32,806 bases of DNA from PVC group bacterium (GCA_003566475.1 PXDE01000528.1:1-32806); one strand, 5' to 3'; numbered from the stretch's first letter, positions 7,257 to 17,213 are shown. Made by a program: numbers and translations. Notes: generated from the letters alone by a model not told the origin.

Positions 7257-7600
7257 GACCTGGCTGGAAGCGCCGTGCCACGTCTGCGGCCCCCCGTGGC
7301 CCGAGCTTCCAGCCCGGAGCCGGTGCGAGGGGAGGCCATGGACCGTGCCCGGAGAAGAGCTTCGCGCGGTTCGGGCTCGGAGCCATGGCCCGCTCTCGCT
7401 CAGGGCACGGGCTGGAAGCACCGTGCCACGCCGACGGTCCCCCCGTGGCCCGGGCTTCCAGCCCGGAGCCTGCGCGAGGGGAGACCATGGACCGTGCCCG
7501 GAGAAGAGCTTCGCTCGGTTCGGGCTCGGAGCCATGGCCCGGTCTCGCTCTGGGCACGGGCTGGAAGCGCCGTGCCACGTCAGGCCCGCCGCCGCGAAGC
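7257..7600 (+). repeat. One truncated plus two full tandem units (period 149 bp) of the REP-like three-hairpin unit, variant B
   Basis: GTGGCCCGrGCTTCCAGCCCGGAGCC starts at 7296 and 7445. The central hairpin uses GGCCATGG (7334-7341) and CCATGGCC (7383-7390). The 3' hairpins GGCACGG-N10-CCGTGCC are at 7404-7427 and 7553-7576. A truncated 3' fragment lies at 7257-7291. Confidence 0.9.
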
Positions 7601-7606
7601 GGCGGT

Positions 7607-7645
7607 TCCCCAATCCCCCATCCCCAATCCCCAATCCCCAATCCC
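7607..7645. repeat. Heptanucleotide microsatellite (AATCCCC/CATCCCC) x5 abutting the stop codon of the DppC-like gene
   Basis: Reads ccccaatcccccatccccaatccccaatccccaatccc. The stop codon (cta on the plus strand) is at 7653-7655. Confidence 0.85.
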
Positions 7646-7652
7646 GCGCCCC

Positions 7653-8792
7653 CTACCGCTCCCCGTACGGATCCGCGGCATCCCGGAGGCCGTCGCCGAG
7701 GAAGTTGAAGCTGAGCACGGTGAGGATAAGGAGGAACACCGGGAGCAGCAGCCAGGGGTAGCTGCCGACGACCTTCATGTTCATGCAGTCCTGGAGCATC
7801 ACCCCCCAGCTCACCACCGGCGGGCGCAGGCCGAGGCCGAGGAAGCTGAGGGCGGTCTCGCCGAGGATCATGCCGGGCACAGACAGGGTGAGGCTGACGA
7901 TGATGTGGCTGGCGAAGCCGGGCAGGAGGTGGCGGAAGATGATCCGCCCGTGCCCCGCCCCCAGCAGGCGGGCGGCCACCGCGTAGTCCTCCTCGCGCAG
8001 GGCCAGGAGCTTGCCCCGGACCACCCGGGCCAGCCCGGTCCAGCTCAGCAGGCTGAGGACCACGGTGATGCCGAAATAGACGCGCAGGGGCGACCAGTCG
8101 CGGGGCAGGGCGGCGGCCAGGGCCAGCCAGAGGGGAAGGTGCGGAAAGGCCCCCACGATCTCGATGGTCCGCTGGATCAGGGTGTCCACCTTGCCGCCTA
8201 GGTAGCCGCTGATCCCGCCGATGATGAGCCCCAGCACGAAGGTGGCCGCGATGCCGACCAGGCCCACCGAGAGGGAGATCCGCGATCCCCGGACGATCCG
8301 GCTGAACACGTCGCGGCCATAGCGGTCGGCCCCGAACAGATGGAAGGTGGCCAGGTCCGGATCAAGACCGGGGGCGAGCCGGTCGTGGTCCACGCCGAGG
8401 ATCCGGCGGCTGCCGGGGATCAGGCCCCACAGCTTGTAGGGCTCGCCCCGCACCCAAAGCCCGAGCGGGACCACCTGTTCCGGATCGGCCCGGTAGATCT
8501 GGTCGAAGGTCACGGGATCGACGTGACGCACGACCGCCGGGACGTGGAGCCCGTGGCGGCGGCTGAACCGGGGGGCCTGGGGCGGGCAGAAGGAGCGGTC
8601 GAGGTTATAGGCCTCGGTGGGGTAGGGGGCGACCACCTCCGCGAACAGGGCCATCAGGTAGATCACCCCCAGCAGGTTCAGGGAGACCACGGCCAGCCGG
8701 TGGCGGGCGAAGCGGCGGCGGATGAGCTGCCAGTGGGAGAGGGATTTTGGATTTTGGATTTTGGATTGTGGATTTCTGATCTCGGAGGTCAT
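7653..8792 (-). CDS. ABC transporter permease, peptide/nickel type (DppC/OppC family, with OppC_N-like N-terminal region)
   Basis: 379 aa. Only the C-terminal part of the 835-aa ORF is coding. The ATG at 8792 overlaps the upstream gene's stop (ATGA). Has HWQLIRRRFARHRLAVVSL, GADRYGRDVFSRIVRGSRISL and the EAA-like loop REEDYAVAARLLGAGHGRIIFRHLLP. Confidence 0.88.
   Translation of the reverse strand: MTSEIRNPQSKIQNPKSLSHWQLIRRRFARHRLAVVSLNLLGVIYLMALFAEVVAPYPTEAYNLDRSFCPPQAPRFSRRHGLHVPAVVRHVDPVTFDQIYRADPEQVVPLGLWVRGEPYKLWGLIPGSRRILGVDHDRLAPGLDPDLATFHLFGADRYGRDVFSRIVRGSRISLSVGLVGIAATFVLGLIIGGISGYLGGKVDTLIQRTIEIVGAFPHLPLWLALAAALPRDWSPLRVYFGITVVLSLLSWTGLARVVRGKLLALREEDYAVAARLLGAGHGRIIFRHLLPGFASHIIVSLTLSVPGMILGETALSFLGLGLRPPVVSWGVMLQDCMNMKVVGSYPWLLLPVFLLILTVLSFNFLGDGLRDAADPYGER
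8741..8780 (-). repeat. Heptanucleotide repeat (AATCCAA x3 plus variants, in the sense of the gene) inside codons 5-17 of the DppC-like CDS
   Basis: The plus strand reads gggattttggattttggattttggattgtggatttctgat. It encodes ...IRNPQSKIQNPKS.... Confidence 0.85.
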
Positions 8793-11700
8793 CGGGCGCC
8801 TCCCTGGAAGCGGATGCGGGGGTCGACCCAGAGGAGGAGGAGGTCGCTGACGAGGACGCCGAACACGCCGAGCAGGCTGAGCACGGTGAGCATGGAGCCG
8901 GCCAGGAACAGGTCCTCGGCCAGGAGGGCCTCGAGCATGAGAGGGCCCACGGTGGGCAGGCTGAGCACCACCTCGACGATCATCCCGCCGGACACGAGGG
9001 CGGGGAAGATGCCGCCGATGCCGGAGATGAACGGATTGAGGGCGAGGCGCACGGGGTACTTCAGGAGCAGGCGGACGGGCCGCATGCCCTTGGCCAGGGC
9101 GGTGGTCACGTAGGGCTTGCGGATCTCGTCGAGCAGGTTGGCCCGCATCACCCGCATCATCCCGGCCACCCCGGTGGCCCCCATCACCACGATGGGGATC
9201 CAGATGCGCTGGAGGAGGTCGAGCACCTTGCCGGCCGTCCATTCCGCCTGGGCCCCGTACTCGGGGGAGAACAGGCCGGAGATCTCGATGCCGAACCACC
9301 GCTGGCTGGCGAACATCAGGAGCAGGGCGAGGATGAAGGGCGGCACGCACATCCCGATGAAGCCGAGGAAGGTGAGCAGGTAGTCGCCGAAGGAGTACTG
9401 GCGCACGGCGGAGTAGATGCCCAGCGGCACCGCCACCGCCCAGGTGAAGAGGATGGTGCCCAGGGAGATGAGGAAGGTGAGGAGGATGCGGTCGCCCACG
9501 ATCTGGTTCACCGGCCGGTAGTCGGCCATGGACCGGCCCAGGTTCCCCTGCAGGAGTCCGGCCTGGCCGGGGTCGCCCCGCAGGAAGGGGAACGAGGGGG
9601 AGGGGCGGAGGCTGGCGAACCAGGGCAGCCCCAGCCAGCGGGCGTAGCGCACGGCCAGGGAGTCGTCGAGGTGGAACATCTCCCGGATGGCCTCGATCTC
9701 CCGCAGGTTGATGGCCTCGCCGGCCGCCTCCATCTCCATGATCTTGTAGTCGAGAAAATCCCCCTCCGGAAGCTGGATGACGGTGAAGATGACGAGGCTG
9801 ATCACGGCCAGGGTCGGCACCATGATGAGCAGCCGACGGGCCACGAAGGGCCGGCGCACGGCGAGCAGGACGAGCAGGCCGGCCAGGCCGATGCCCAGGG
9901 CGAGGCGGATCCACCGGGCGGCGCGGGCCCGCACAGGGACGGCTTCGACCCGGGTCGCTCTGACCTCCGGGGCGGGGGTGACCCGGACGATGGCGTCGCG
10001 GATCTGGCGGCGCGTGCCTGCGGAGTCGGCGGGGGCGGTGTCGAACCACAGCTCCTGGACGGTGTTGCCGGGGGAGATGAAGTCGAAGGTGAAGGCCGCC
10101 ACCTCGGGCACGTTGCGGAGCCGGGGGTTCAGGGCCACGTACATGGGCGGCATGGTGCACACGCTGACGTTCCAGAGATGCTCGGCGAAGATGTCCTGGA
10201 TCCGGTCGTAGAGCGCCTTCTGGGCATCGCGGTCGCCGGTAATCCGGATCTCGTCGTAGATGGCCATGGCCTCTCGCAGGGGATGGTCGGGCGGGGGCTC
10301 GATGACGCCGAGGGGAAGATCCTGGCCGTCGAGCTGTCCCTGCATGCCGCCCTGGGCGTACCAGCGGGCGAACCCGAGGGCGAAATTCGACTCCGGCCCG
10401 CTGGGCAGATGGGTGCGGGGGTCGATGAGGGGCTCGTGCTCGTTGTCGCCGGGGAACATGGCGAAGTCGTGGAGCAGCCCGCCCTTCTCGGTGTAGTAGA
10501 GGCGCATGTCCATCACCCGCAGCACCGCGCGCACCCCGACCCGGCTCCAGTGCCGGACCACAAACTCCATGGGCGGCCAGGGCCGGAACACGTTCAGGAA
10601 GAAGACCATGCGGGTGCCGTCGGGGAAGGTGCGGTAGCCCTCGGCGTCGCGCTCGGTGAGGCCGATCTGGTCGAGCAGGCGGTTGGCCTCGTCCGGGTCG
10701 TAGGCGGTCCAGGCCGAGAACGCGGGGGGGTGGTAGAAGAAGGACTCCGGGCCCGGCGCGACCTGGGCGGGACGGGTCAGGCCGTGGTAGTGGCCCTGGA
10801 CGATCTCCTCGCGGTCGATGGCCAGGGAGAGGGCGCGCCGGAACCGGGCGTCGTTGAGCAGGGCGTGCTTGTGCCGGGCCTCGCGCTCCTGGGCGGGGCG
10901 GCCGGGGAACTCGGTCCTCCGGTTCAGGTTGGGGTGGATGGTCTCGAAGGTGCGGTCGGCCCGGTACCAGTGCAGCACGCGCAGGCGCCCCTGCCGGGCG
11001 CTGTCCATGACCATCGAGTAGTCCTCGCCCGCCGCCATGCCCGTGGCCGCCGAGAACTGCCCGGCCGCCCGGGCCGTGTCCTCCATCTGCCGCGAGACCT
11101 GCACGAAATGGATCCGGTCCAGGTAGGGGAGCTGGTTGCCCGCCTCGTCCACCGCCCAGTAGTAGGGGTTGCGGATCGCGTCGTGGGGCGGGCTCGCCCG
11201 GTAGGTGCGGTAGATCCAGGGCCAGATCCGCGGGTGCTCGGGGTTGGTGACGTCCTTGAGCGCCCAGTAGAACGAGGTGGCGCGGGGAAGCTGACGGGCG
11301 GCCAGGGCGGCCGCGATGCGCTCGGGGTCGCCGATCTCGGGATGGTAGGGCCGCAGGTAGTGGGCCGGGGATCCCGTGATCTCCAGGCCCCGGGCCGAGG
11401 CGATCAGCGGTAGAAACAGTCCGTGCGGCCGGGGGAAGACGAACCGCACCGCGTAGGGGTCGAGATCGAGTTCCGGCGGAGGCGCTTCGGCGGGGATCGG
11501 GGGGCGGATGTCTCCTTCATGGAAGCTCGCGGACAGCACCGTCCGGGGGCCGTCCGGGGTGTCGATCTCGCGAAGGCGGCCGGGCGAGGTCCCGAGATAG
11601 CCGCGCACCCATCGGGTGGTTCCGTCCGGCCGAATCTTCCGGGCCTCGACCCACCCCGAGTCTCCGAGAATTACCAGGAGCTCGGGAACCCGGCCATAGA

Positions 11701-12424
11701 GCAGCTCAGAGCTGGCCTCGTGCGACCACCAGAACAGGATGTCCTCGGCGGTGAAGGGATGGCCGTCGGACCAGCGCATGCCTTCGCGGAGGTGGAAGGT
11801 GAAGGTCCGGTAGTCGGGCTCGCCATCAGGACCCGTCGAGATCTCCCAGGCCCGGGCGACATGGGGGACGATCGGGAACCCCTCGGGGGAATACCGGACC
11901 AGGCCGCTGGCCGAAAGCCGGTGACCAAGCTCCAGCAGGCTCGCACCATGGATGCGGGTGCCGTCATAGCTCCCAATGCCGTCCGGTCCCCGCAGCACCA
12001 GGGGCTGGGCGCCCACCCGTTCCGCGATCGGCGGAAGGGGCCGGCTTCGGGCCGCCTCGGCCGTCACCGGTCCGATGTCCCCGGCTTCAACGGCCGCCAC
12101 CAGCCGTTCCGTGAAGGCATCCTCGGATTCCCCGTCCTGTCGGACGAGGGGGGCCAGGACCGGCGCTTCGCCCTTCGGCCACCAGTCCGCCGATTGCCCT
12201 TCGGCGTAGTCCACCTCGACCTGACTTCGGGCGGGGGCCTCGGGACGGAGTGGCGTCTGACGGGAGGCCTCGATCCGCGCCACCAGCTCGGGGTCGTGAA
12301 CCGGGGGCGGACGGTCCAGGTCCGGCTCCAGGATCCGGGCCGTGACCAGGATGGCCGCCACGAAACCACCTAGCACCAGCAGGAACCGCAGCGGGGAGGG
12401 CAGGGCGGGGTGCGAAAAGGTCAT
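8789..12424 (-). CDS. Fusion protein: N-terminal anchor, family-5 (peptide/nickel) substrate-binding domain, extra TM helix, then a DppB/OppB-type ABC permease domain
   Basis: 1211 aa from the ATG at 12424. The upstream 122 codons of the ORF are Arg/Ser/Pro-rich junk. Has a TM anchor (LRFLLVLGGFVAAILVTA), a large SBP_bac_5-like region (MRWSDGHPFTAEDILFWW, IRNPYYWAVDEAGNQLPYLDRI, ALSLAIDREEI) and a TM helix (WIRLALGIGLAGLLVLLAV). The canonical DppB N-terminus (RRLLIMVPTLAVISLVIFTVIQLPEGDF) and the loop YVTTALAKGMRPVRLLLKYPVRLAL follow. Confidence 0.85.
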   Translation of the reverse strand: MTFSHPALPSPLRFLLVLGGFVAAILVTARILEPDLDRPPPVHDPELVARIEASRQTPLRPEAPARSQVEVDYAEGQSADWWPKGEAPVLAPLVRQDGESEDAFTERLVAAVEAGDIGPVTAEAARSRPLPPIAERVGAQPLVLRGPDGIGSYDGTRIHGASLLELGHRLSASGLVRYSPEGFPIVPHVARAWEISTGPDGEPDYRTFTFHLREGMRWSDGHPFTAEDILFWWSHEASSELLYGRVPELLVILGDSGWVEARKIRPDGTTRWVRGYLGTSPGRLREIDTPDGPRTVLSASFHEGDIRPPIPAEAPPPELDLDPYAVRFVFPRPHGLFLPLIASARGLEITGSPAHYLRPYHPEIGDPERIAAALAARQLPRATSFYWALKDVTNPEHPRIWPWIYRTYRASPPHDAIRNPYYWAVDEAGNQLPYLDRIHFVQVSRQMEDTARAAGQFSAATGMAAGEDYSMVMDSARQGRLRVLHWYRADRTFETIHPNLNRRTEFPGRPAQEREARHKHALLNDARFRRALSLAIDREEIVQGHYHGLTRPAQVAPGPESFFYHPPAFSAWTAYDPDEANRLLDQIGLTERDAEGYRTFPDGTRMVFFLNVFRPWPPMEFVVRHWSRVGVRAVLRVMDMRLYYTEKGGLLHDFAMFPGDNEHEPLIDPRTHLPSGPESNFALGFARWYAQGGMQGQLDGQDLPLGVIEPPPDHPLREAMAIYDEIRITGDRDAQKALYDRIQDIFAEHLWNVSVCTMPPMYVALNPRLRNVPEVAAFTFDFISPGNTVQELWFDTAPADSAGTRRQIRDAIVRVTPAPEVRATRVEAVPVRARAARWIRLALGIGLAGLLVLLAVRRPFVARRLLIMVPTLAVISLVIFTVIQLPEGDFLDYKIMEMEAAGEAINLREIEAIREMFHLDDSLAVRYARWLGLPWFASLRPSPSFPFLRGDPGQAGLLQGNLGRSMADYRPVNQIVGDRILLTFLISLGTILFTWAVAVPLGIYSAVRQYSFGDYLLTFLGFIGMCVPPFILALLLMFASQRWFGIEISGLFSPEYGAQAEWTAGKVLDLLQRIWIPIVVMGATGVAGMMRVMRANLLDEIRKPYVTTALAKGMRPVRLLLKYPVRLALNPFISGIGGIFPALVSGGMIVEVVLSLPTVGPLMLEALLAEDLFLAGSMLTVLSLLGVFGVLVSDLLLLWVDPRIRFQGGAR

Positions 12425-12578
12425 GGGGTGTCCACGTTGGCACGGATGCGTCTTGAGGGCAACCGGGCGGCGATGCCGAAGAGACCGGGTTCGGTGTCCT
12501 CGATGCCTCGGCCTTGAGGAATGCCGCCCGCCTCGGGTAGGGTGCGCGGACGTTGACCTTTGGCCATAGGAGCGGTGG

Positions 12579-13571
12579 ATGCTGCGAAGCGCGATTCTGG
12601 GGTGGGACGAGGCGGTGCGGGGGGTGTTCGGCGAGGGGCGGCTGGAGCGAATCGCCGCCCTCACCGACCTGGGGCCGGTGGGGGTGCTCCGGGAGACCCT
12701 CGACGACCACCACGACGCCCTGGCCGAGGTCGAGGTGCTCTTCGGAACCTGGCAGATCCCGGCGCTCTCGCCGGAGGATCTGGACCGCATGCCCCGGCTC
12801 CGGGCCCTGTTCTACGCGGCCAGCAGCGTGCAGCGGTTCGCCCGGCCCCTGCTGGCGCGCGGGGTGGAGATCTACAGCGGGTACCGGGCCAACGGCCGCT
12901 GCGTGGCCGAGATGACCCTGGGCCAGATCCTCCTCGCCGCCAAGGGCTGGTTCCAGAACGCCCGCGACGCACGGCTGGGGAAGGAGCCCTGGCACGAAGC
13001 CTTCCGGGGACCGGGCCTGTTCGACCTGCCGGTGGCCATCCTGGGCGCGGGGGCGGCGGGACGGGCGGTGATCGATCTCCTCCGGCCCTTCCGCTGCTCC
13101 CTTCTGGTGTTCGATCCCTTCCTGACCGAGGCCGACGCGGCCGCGCTGGGTGTCACCAGGGTCTCCCTGGCCGACGCCTTCGCCCGGGGCCGGGTGGTGT
13201 CCAACCATCTGGCCGACAAGCCGGAGACCCGGGGGCTGCTGGACGGCCCCCGGTTCGCCGACCTGCCCGAGAAGGCCACATTCATGAACACGGGCCGGCC
13301 CGGGACGGTGAACCACGAGGACCTGGCCGAGGTGTTCGCGGCCCGGCCCGACCTCACCGCCCTTCTGGACGTGGTCGAGACGGTGGCGCCGGAGACCCGG
13401 GCCCGGCTCGACGCCCTGCCCAACGTATGGATCACCACCCATATCGCGGGCACCATCGGCCGCGAGCGCCTGGCCCTGGGCGACGAGGCCATCCGCCAGT
13501 TCGAGATCTGGCAGGGGGGCGGTGTCCCCGAGGGACGGGTGACCGAGGCCATGCTGGCCACCATGGCCTGA
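12579..13571 (+). CDS. D-isomer-specific 2-hydroxyacid dehydrogenase family protein (NAD-binding)
   Basis: 330 aa. Has a GxGxxG motif in VAILGAGAAGRAVI, then VVSNHLADKPETRGLLD, FMNTGRPGTVNHEDL, LLDVVE and the catalytic His in ITTHIAGT. AGGAG lies 6 nt upstream of the ATG. Confidence 0.85.
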   Translation: MLRSAILGWDEAVRGVFGEGRLERIAALTDLGPVGVLRETLDDHHDALAEVEVLFGTWQIPALSPEDLDRMPRLRALFYAASSVQRFARPLLARGVEIYSGYRANGRCVAEMTLGQILLAAKGWFQNARDARLGKEPWHEAFRGPGLFDLPVAILGAGAAGRAVIDLLRPFRCSLLVFDPFLTEADAAALGVTRVSLADAFARGRVVSNHLADKPETRGLLDGPRFADLPEKATFMNTGRPGTVNHEDLAEVFAARPDLTALLDVVETVAPETRARLDALPNVWITTHIAGTIGRERLALGDEAIRQFEIWQGGGVPEGRVTEAMLATMA

Positions 13572-13591
13572 AAGTCCGTGGCGAGGGGTCA

Positions 13592-13667
13592 GGCCTTACC
13601 CCTTTCCATCCGCCCCCCCTTGCCCGCCTGAACCGAGGAACAGGTGCGGGATGGCAGGGGGTAAGGC
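13592..13667 (+). other. Long imperfect hairpin (outer arms GGCCTTACCCC / GGGGTAAGGCC) downstream of the dehydrogenase gene
   Basis: The 11-bp perfect outer arms are at 13592-13602 and 13657-13667. The inner arms CCATCCGC / GCGGGATGG carry one bulge. It starts 21 nt after the stop codon and has no T-run. Confidence 0.5.
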
Positions 13668-13818
13668 CCGATCCCATCGCCCGTCCGCGGCCAGACCCAA
13701 CGGAGAGGCCGTGCGGAGATTCGGCGAATCGCGCTTTTCCGCTTGCGGGAACGGGTGGAGTTGCGATAAGAATCGCGGTTTGCCCGTGCTCCCGGAGGGT
13801 GAGCGCGGCATTAGGGTA

Positions 13819-13847
13819 TTGCACGGCGGAGCGCGTTTCCCTATGCT
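13819..13847 (+). promoter_or_regulatory. Candidate sigma-70-type promoter of the rpsL operon (TTGCAC - 17 nt - TATGCT)
   Basis: The -35-like TTGCAC is at 13819-13824 and the -10-like TATGCT at 13842-13847, with a 17-nt spacer. It sits about 34 nt upstream of the rpsL ATG. This is a pattern match only. Confidence 0.3.
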
Positions 13848-13880
13848 CTCCGCTCTTTTCATCCGAACGGAAGTCCGACC

Positions 13881-14264
13881 ATGCCTACGATCAACCAGCT
13901 TGTCCGCAAAGGGCGGACGGTGCCCAGGCGCAAGAGCAAGTCGCCCGCGCTGGCGAACTGCCCGCAGCGCCGGGGCGTCTGTCTCCTGGTCAAGACCCAG
14001 ACCCCCAAGAAGCCGAACTCGGCGCTGCGGAAGGTGGCCCGGGTGCGCCTGACCAACGGCTACGAGGTCTCCGCCTACATTCCCGGCGAGGGCCACAACC
14101 TGCAGGAGCACAGCATGGTGCTGGTCCGGGGCGGCCGCGTGAAGGATCTGCCCGGCGTCCGCTATCACATCGTCCGGGGCACCCTGGACTCGCTGGGGGT
14201 GGACAAGCGGGAGCGGGGCCGCTCCAAGTATGGGGCCAAGAAGAAGAAGAAGGGAGGCAAGTAG
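13881..14264 (+). CDS. rpsL: 30S ribosomal protein S12
   Basis: [12 protein letters not shown]...[19 protein letters not shown]...[19 protein letters not shown] is the canonical S12 sequence. Confidence 0.97.
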   Translation: MPTINQLVRKGRTVPRRKSKSPALANCPQRRGVCLLVKTQTPKKPNSALRKVARVRLTNGYEVSAYIPGEGHNLQEHSMVLVRGGRVKDLPGVRYHIVRGTLDSLGVDKRERGRSKYGAKKKKKGGK

Positions 14265-14270
14265 ACCGCC

Positions 14271-14744
14271 ATGTCCAGACGCCGCCGCGCCCGCAAACGT
14301 CCCGACTTCCGGGATCCCCGCTACAACAGCCCGCTGGTCTATCGCATGATGGTCAGCGTGATGGAGCGGGGCAAGAAGTCCACCGCCGAGCAGATCGTCT
14401 ACGGCGCCCTGGAGGATCTCCGCGAGAAGTCCCAGAACGGGAACGAGCTGGAGGTGTTCCAGCGCGCCCTCGACAACGTCAAGCCCCGCCTCGAGGTGAA
14501 GTCCCGCCGGGTGGGCGGCGCCACCTACCAGGTGCCCATGGAGGTCTCGTCCGACCGCCAGGTCTCGCTGGCCCTGCGCTGGATCATCCAGTTCGCCCGG
14601 GGCCGCAAGGGCGTGCCCATGCGCCAGGCCCTGGCCGCCGAGATCTTCGACGCCTTTCAGAACCAGGGCAACGCGGTGAAGCGTCGCGACGACACCCACC
14701 GCATGGCCCAGGCCAACCGGGCCTTCGCCCACTACCGCTGGTAG
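14271..14744 (+). CDS. rpsG: 30S ribosomal protein S7
   Basis: 157 aa with [14 protein letters not shown]...[14 protein letters not shown], the canonical S7 sequence. Confidence 0.97.
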   Translation: MSRRRRARKRPDFRDPRYNSPLVYRMMVSVMERGKKSTAEQIVYGALEDLREKSQNGNELEVFQRALDNVKPRLEVKSRRVGGATYQVPMEVSSDRQVSLALRWIIQFARGRKGVPMRQALAAEIFDAFQNQGNAVKRRDDTHRMAQANRAFAHYRW

Positions 14745-14766
14745 CGATCCTCCGGACCCCCGACCC

Positions 14767-16890
<2,124 letters not shown>

Positions 16891-16904
16891 CAGGAACACA
16901 CATC

Positions 16905-17213
16905 ATGAGCGAACAACGGATCCGAATCAAACTGCGGGGGTACGACCACCGCGTGCTGGACCAGTCGGCCACGGACATCGTGGAGACGGCCAAGCGGACG
17001 GGGGCCCGGGTGGCGGGTCCCATCCCTCTGCCCACGCAGACCGACAAGATCAGCGTCAACCGGGGACCGCACGGGGACAAGAAGTCCATGGAGCAGTTCG
17101 AGACGCGGACCCACAAGCGGCTGCTGGACATCATTCAACCCACGGGCCGGACGGTGGATGAGCTGAAGAAGCTCAACCTGCCGGCCGGGGTGGACATCAC
17201 CATCAAGATCTGA
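16905..17213 (+). CDS. rpsJ: 30S ribosomal protein S10
   Basis: 102 aa with [16 protein letters not shown]...GPIPLPT...[12 protein letters not shown]. Confidence 0.97.
   Translation: MSEQRIRIKLRGYDHRVLDQSATDIVETAKRTGARVAGPIPLPTQTDKISVNRGPHGDKKSMEQFETRTHKRLLDIIQPTGRTVDELKKLNLPAGVDITIKI

Larger units (their letters stand above)
6087..7650 (-). mobile_element. RAYT locus: Y1 transposase gene embedded between two tandem REP-like repeat dimers
   Basis: The left array (6251-6545) and right array (7257-7600) are in the same orientation. Both arrays end in the same ~40-nt tail. No IS200-type terminal structures or TnpB gene are present. Confidence 0.7.

Noticed and set aside
6251-7600. Possible CRISPR array, because regularly spaced hairpin-containing repeats are present.
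   Set aside because: The units are contiguous 145-149 bp tandem copies with no unique spacers between them. There are only two per side, and they flank a Y1 transposase rather than cas genes.
6309-8201. 630-aa plus-strand ORF spanning the repeat arrays, the antisense of the RAYT gene and the antisense of the DppC-like gene.
   Set aside because: Its sequence is a read-through of tandem repeats (the duplicated MISETARPWSSRELLSL... segments) and antisense coding DNA. It has no domain signature, and better-supported genes occupy the opposite strand.
8793-10160. N-terminal 456 codons of the 835-aa minus-strand ORF 7653-10160.
   Set aside because: This part is out of frame within the SBP-permease fusion gene and is Pro/Arg/Gly junk. 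The permease homology begins right after ATG 8792, which overlaps the upstream stop as ATGA.
12425-12790. Upstream 122 codons of ORF 8789-12790.
   Set aside because: The composition is Arg/Ser/His-rich with no hydrophobic anchor. The first Met followed by a signal-anchor helix is at 12424, and the extension would run into the divergent promoter region of the dehydrogenase gene.
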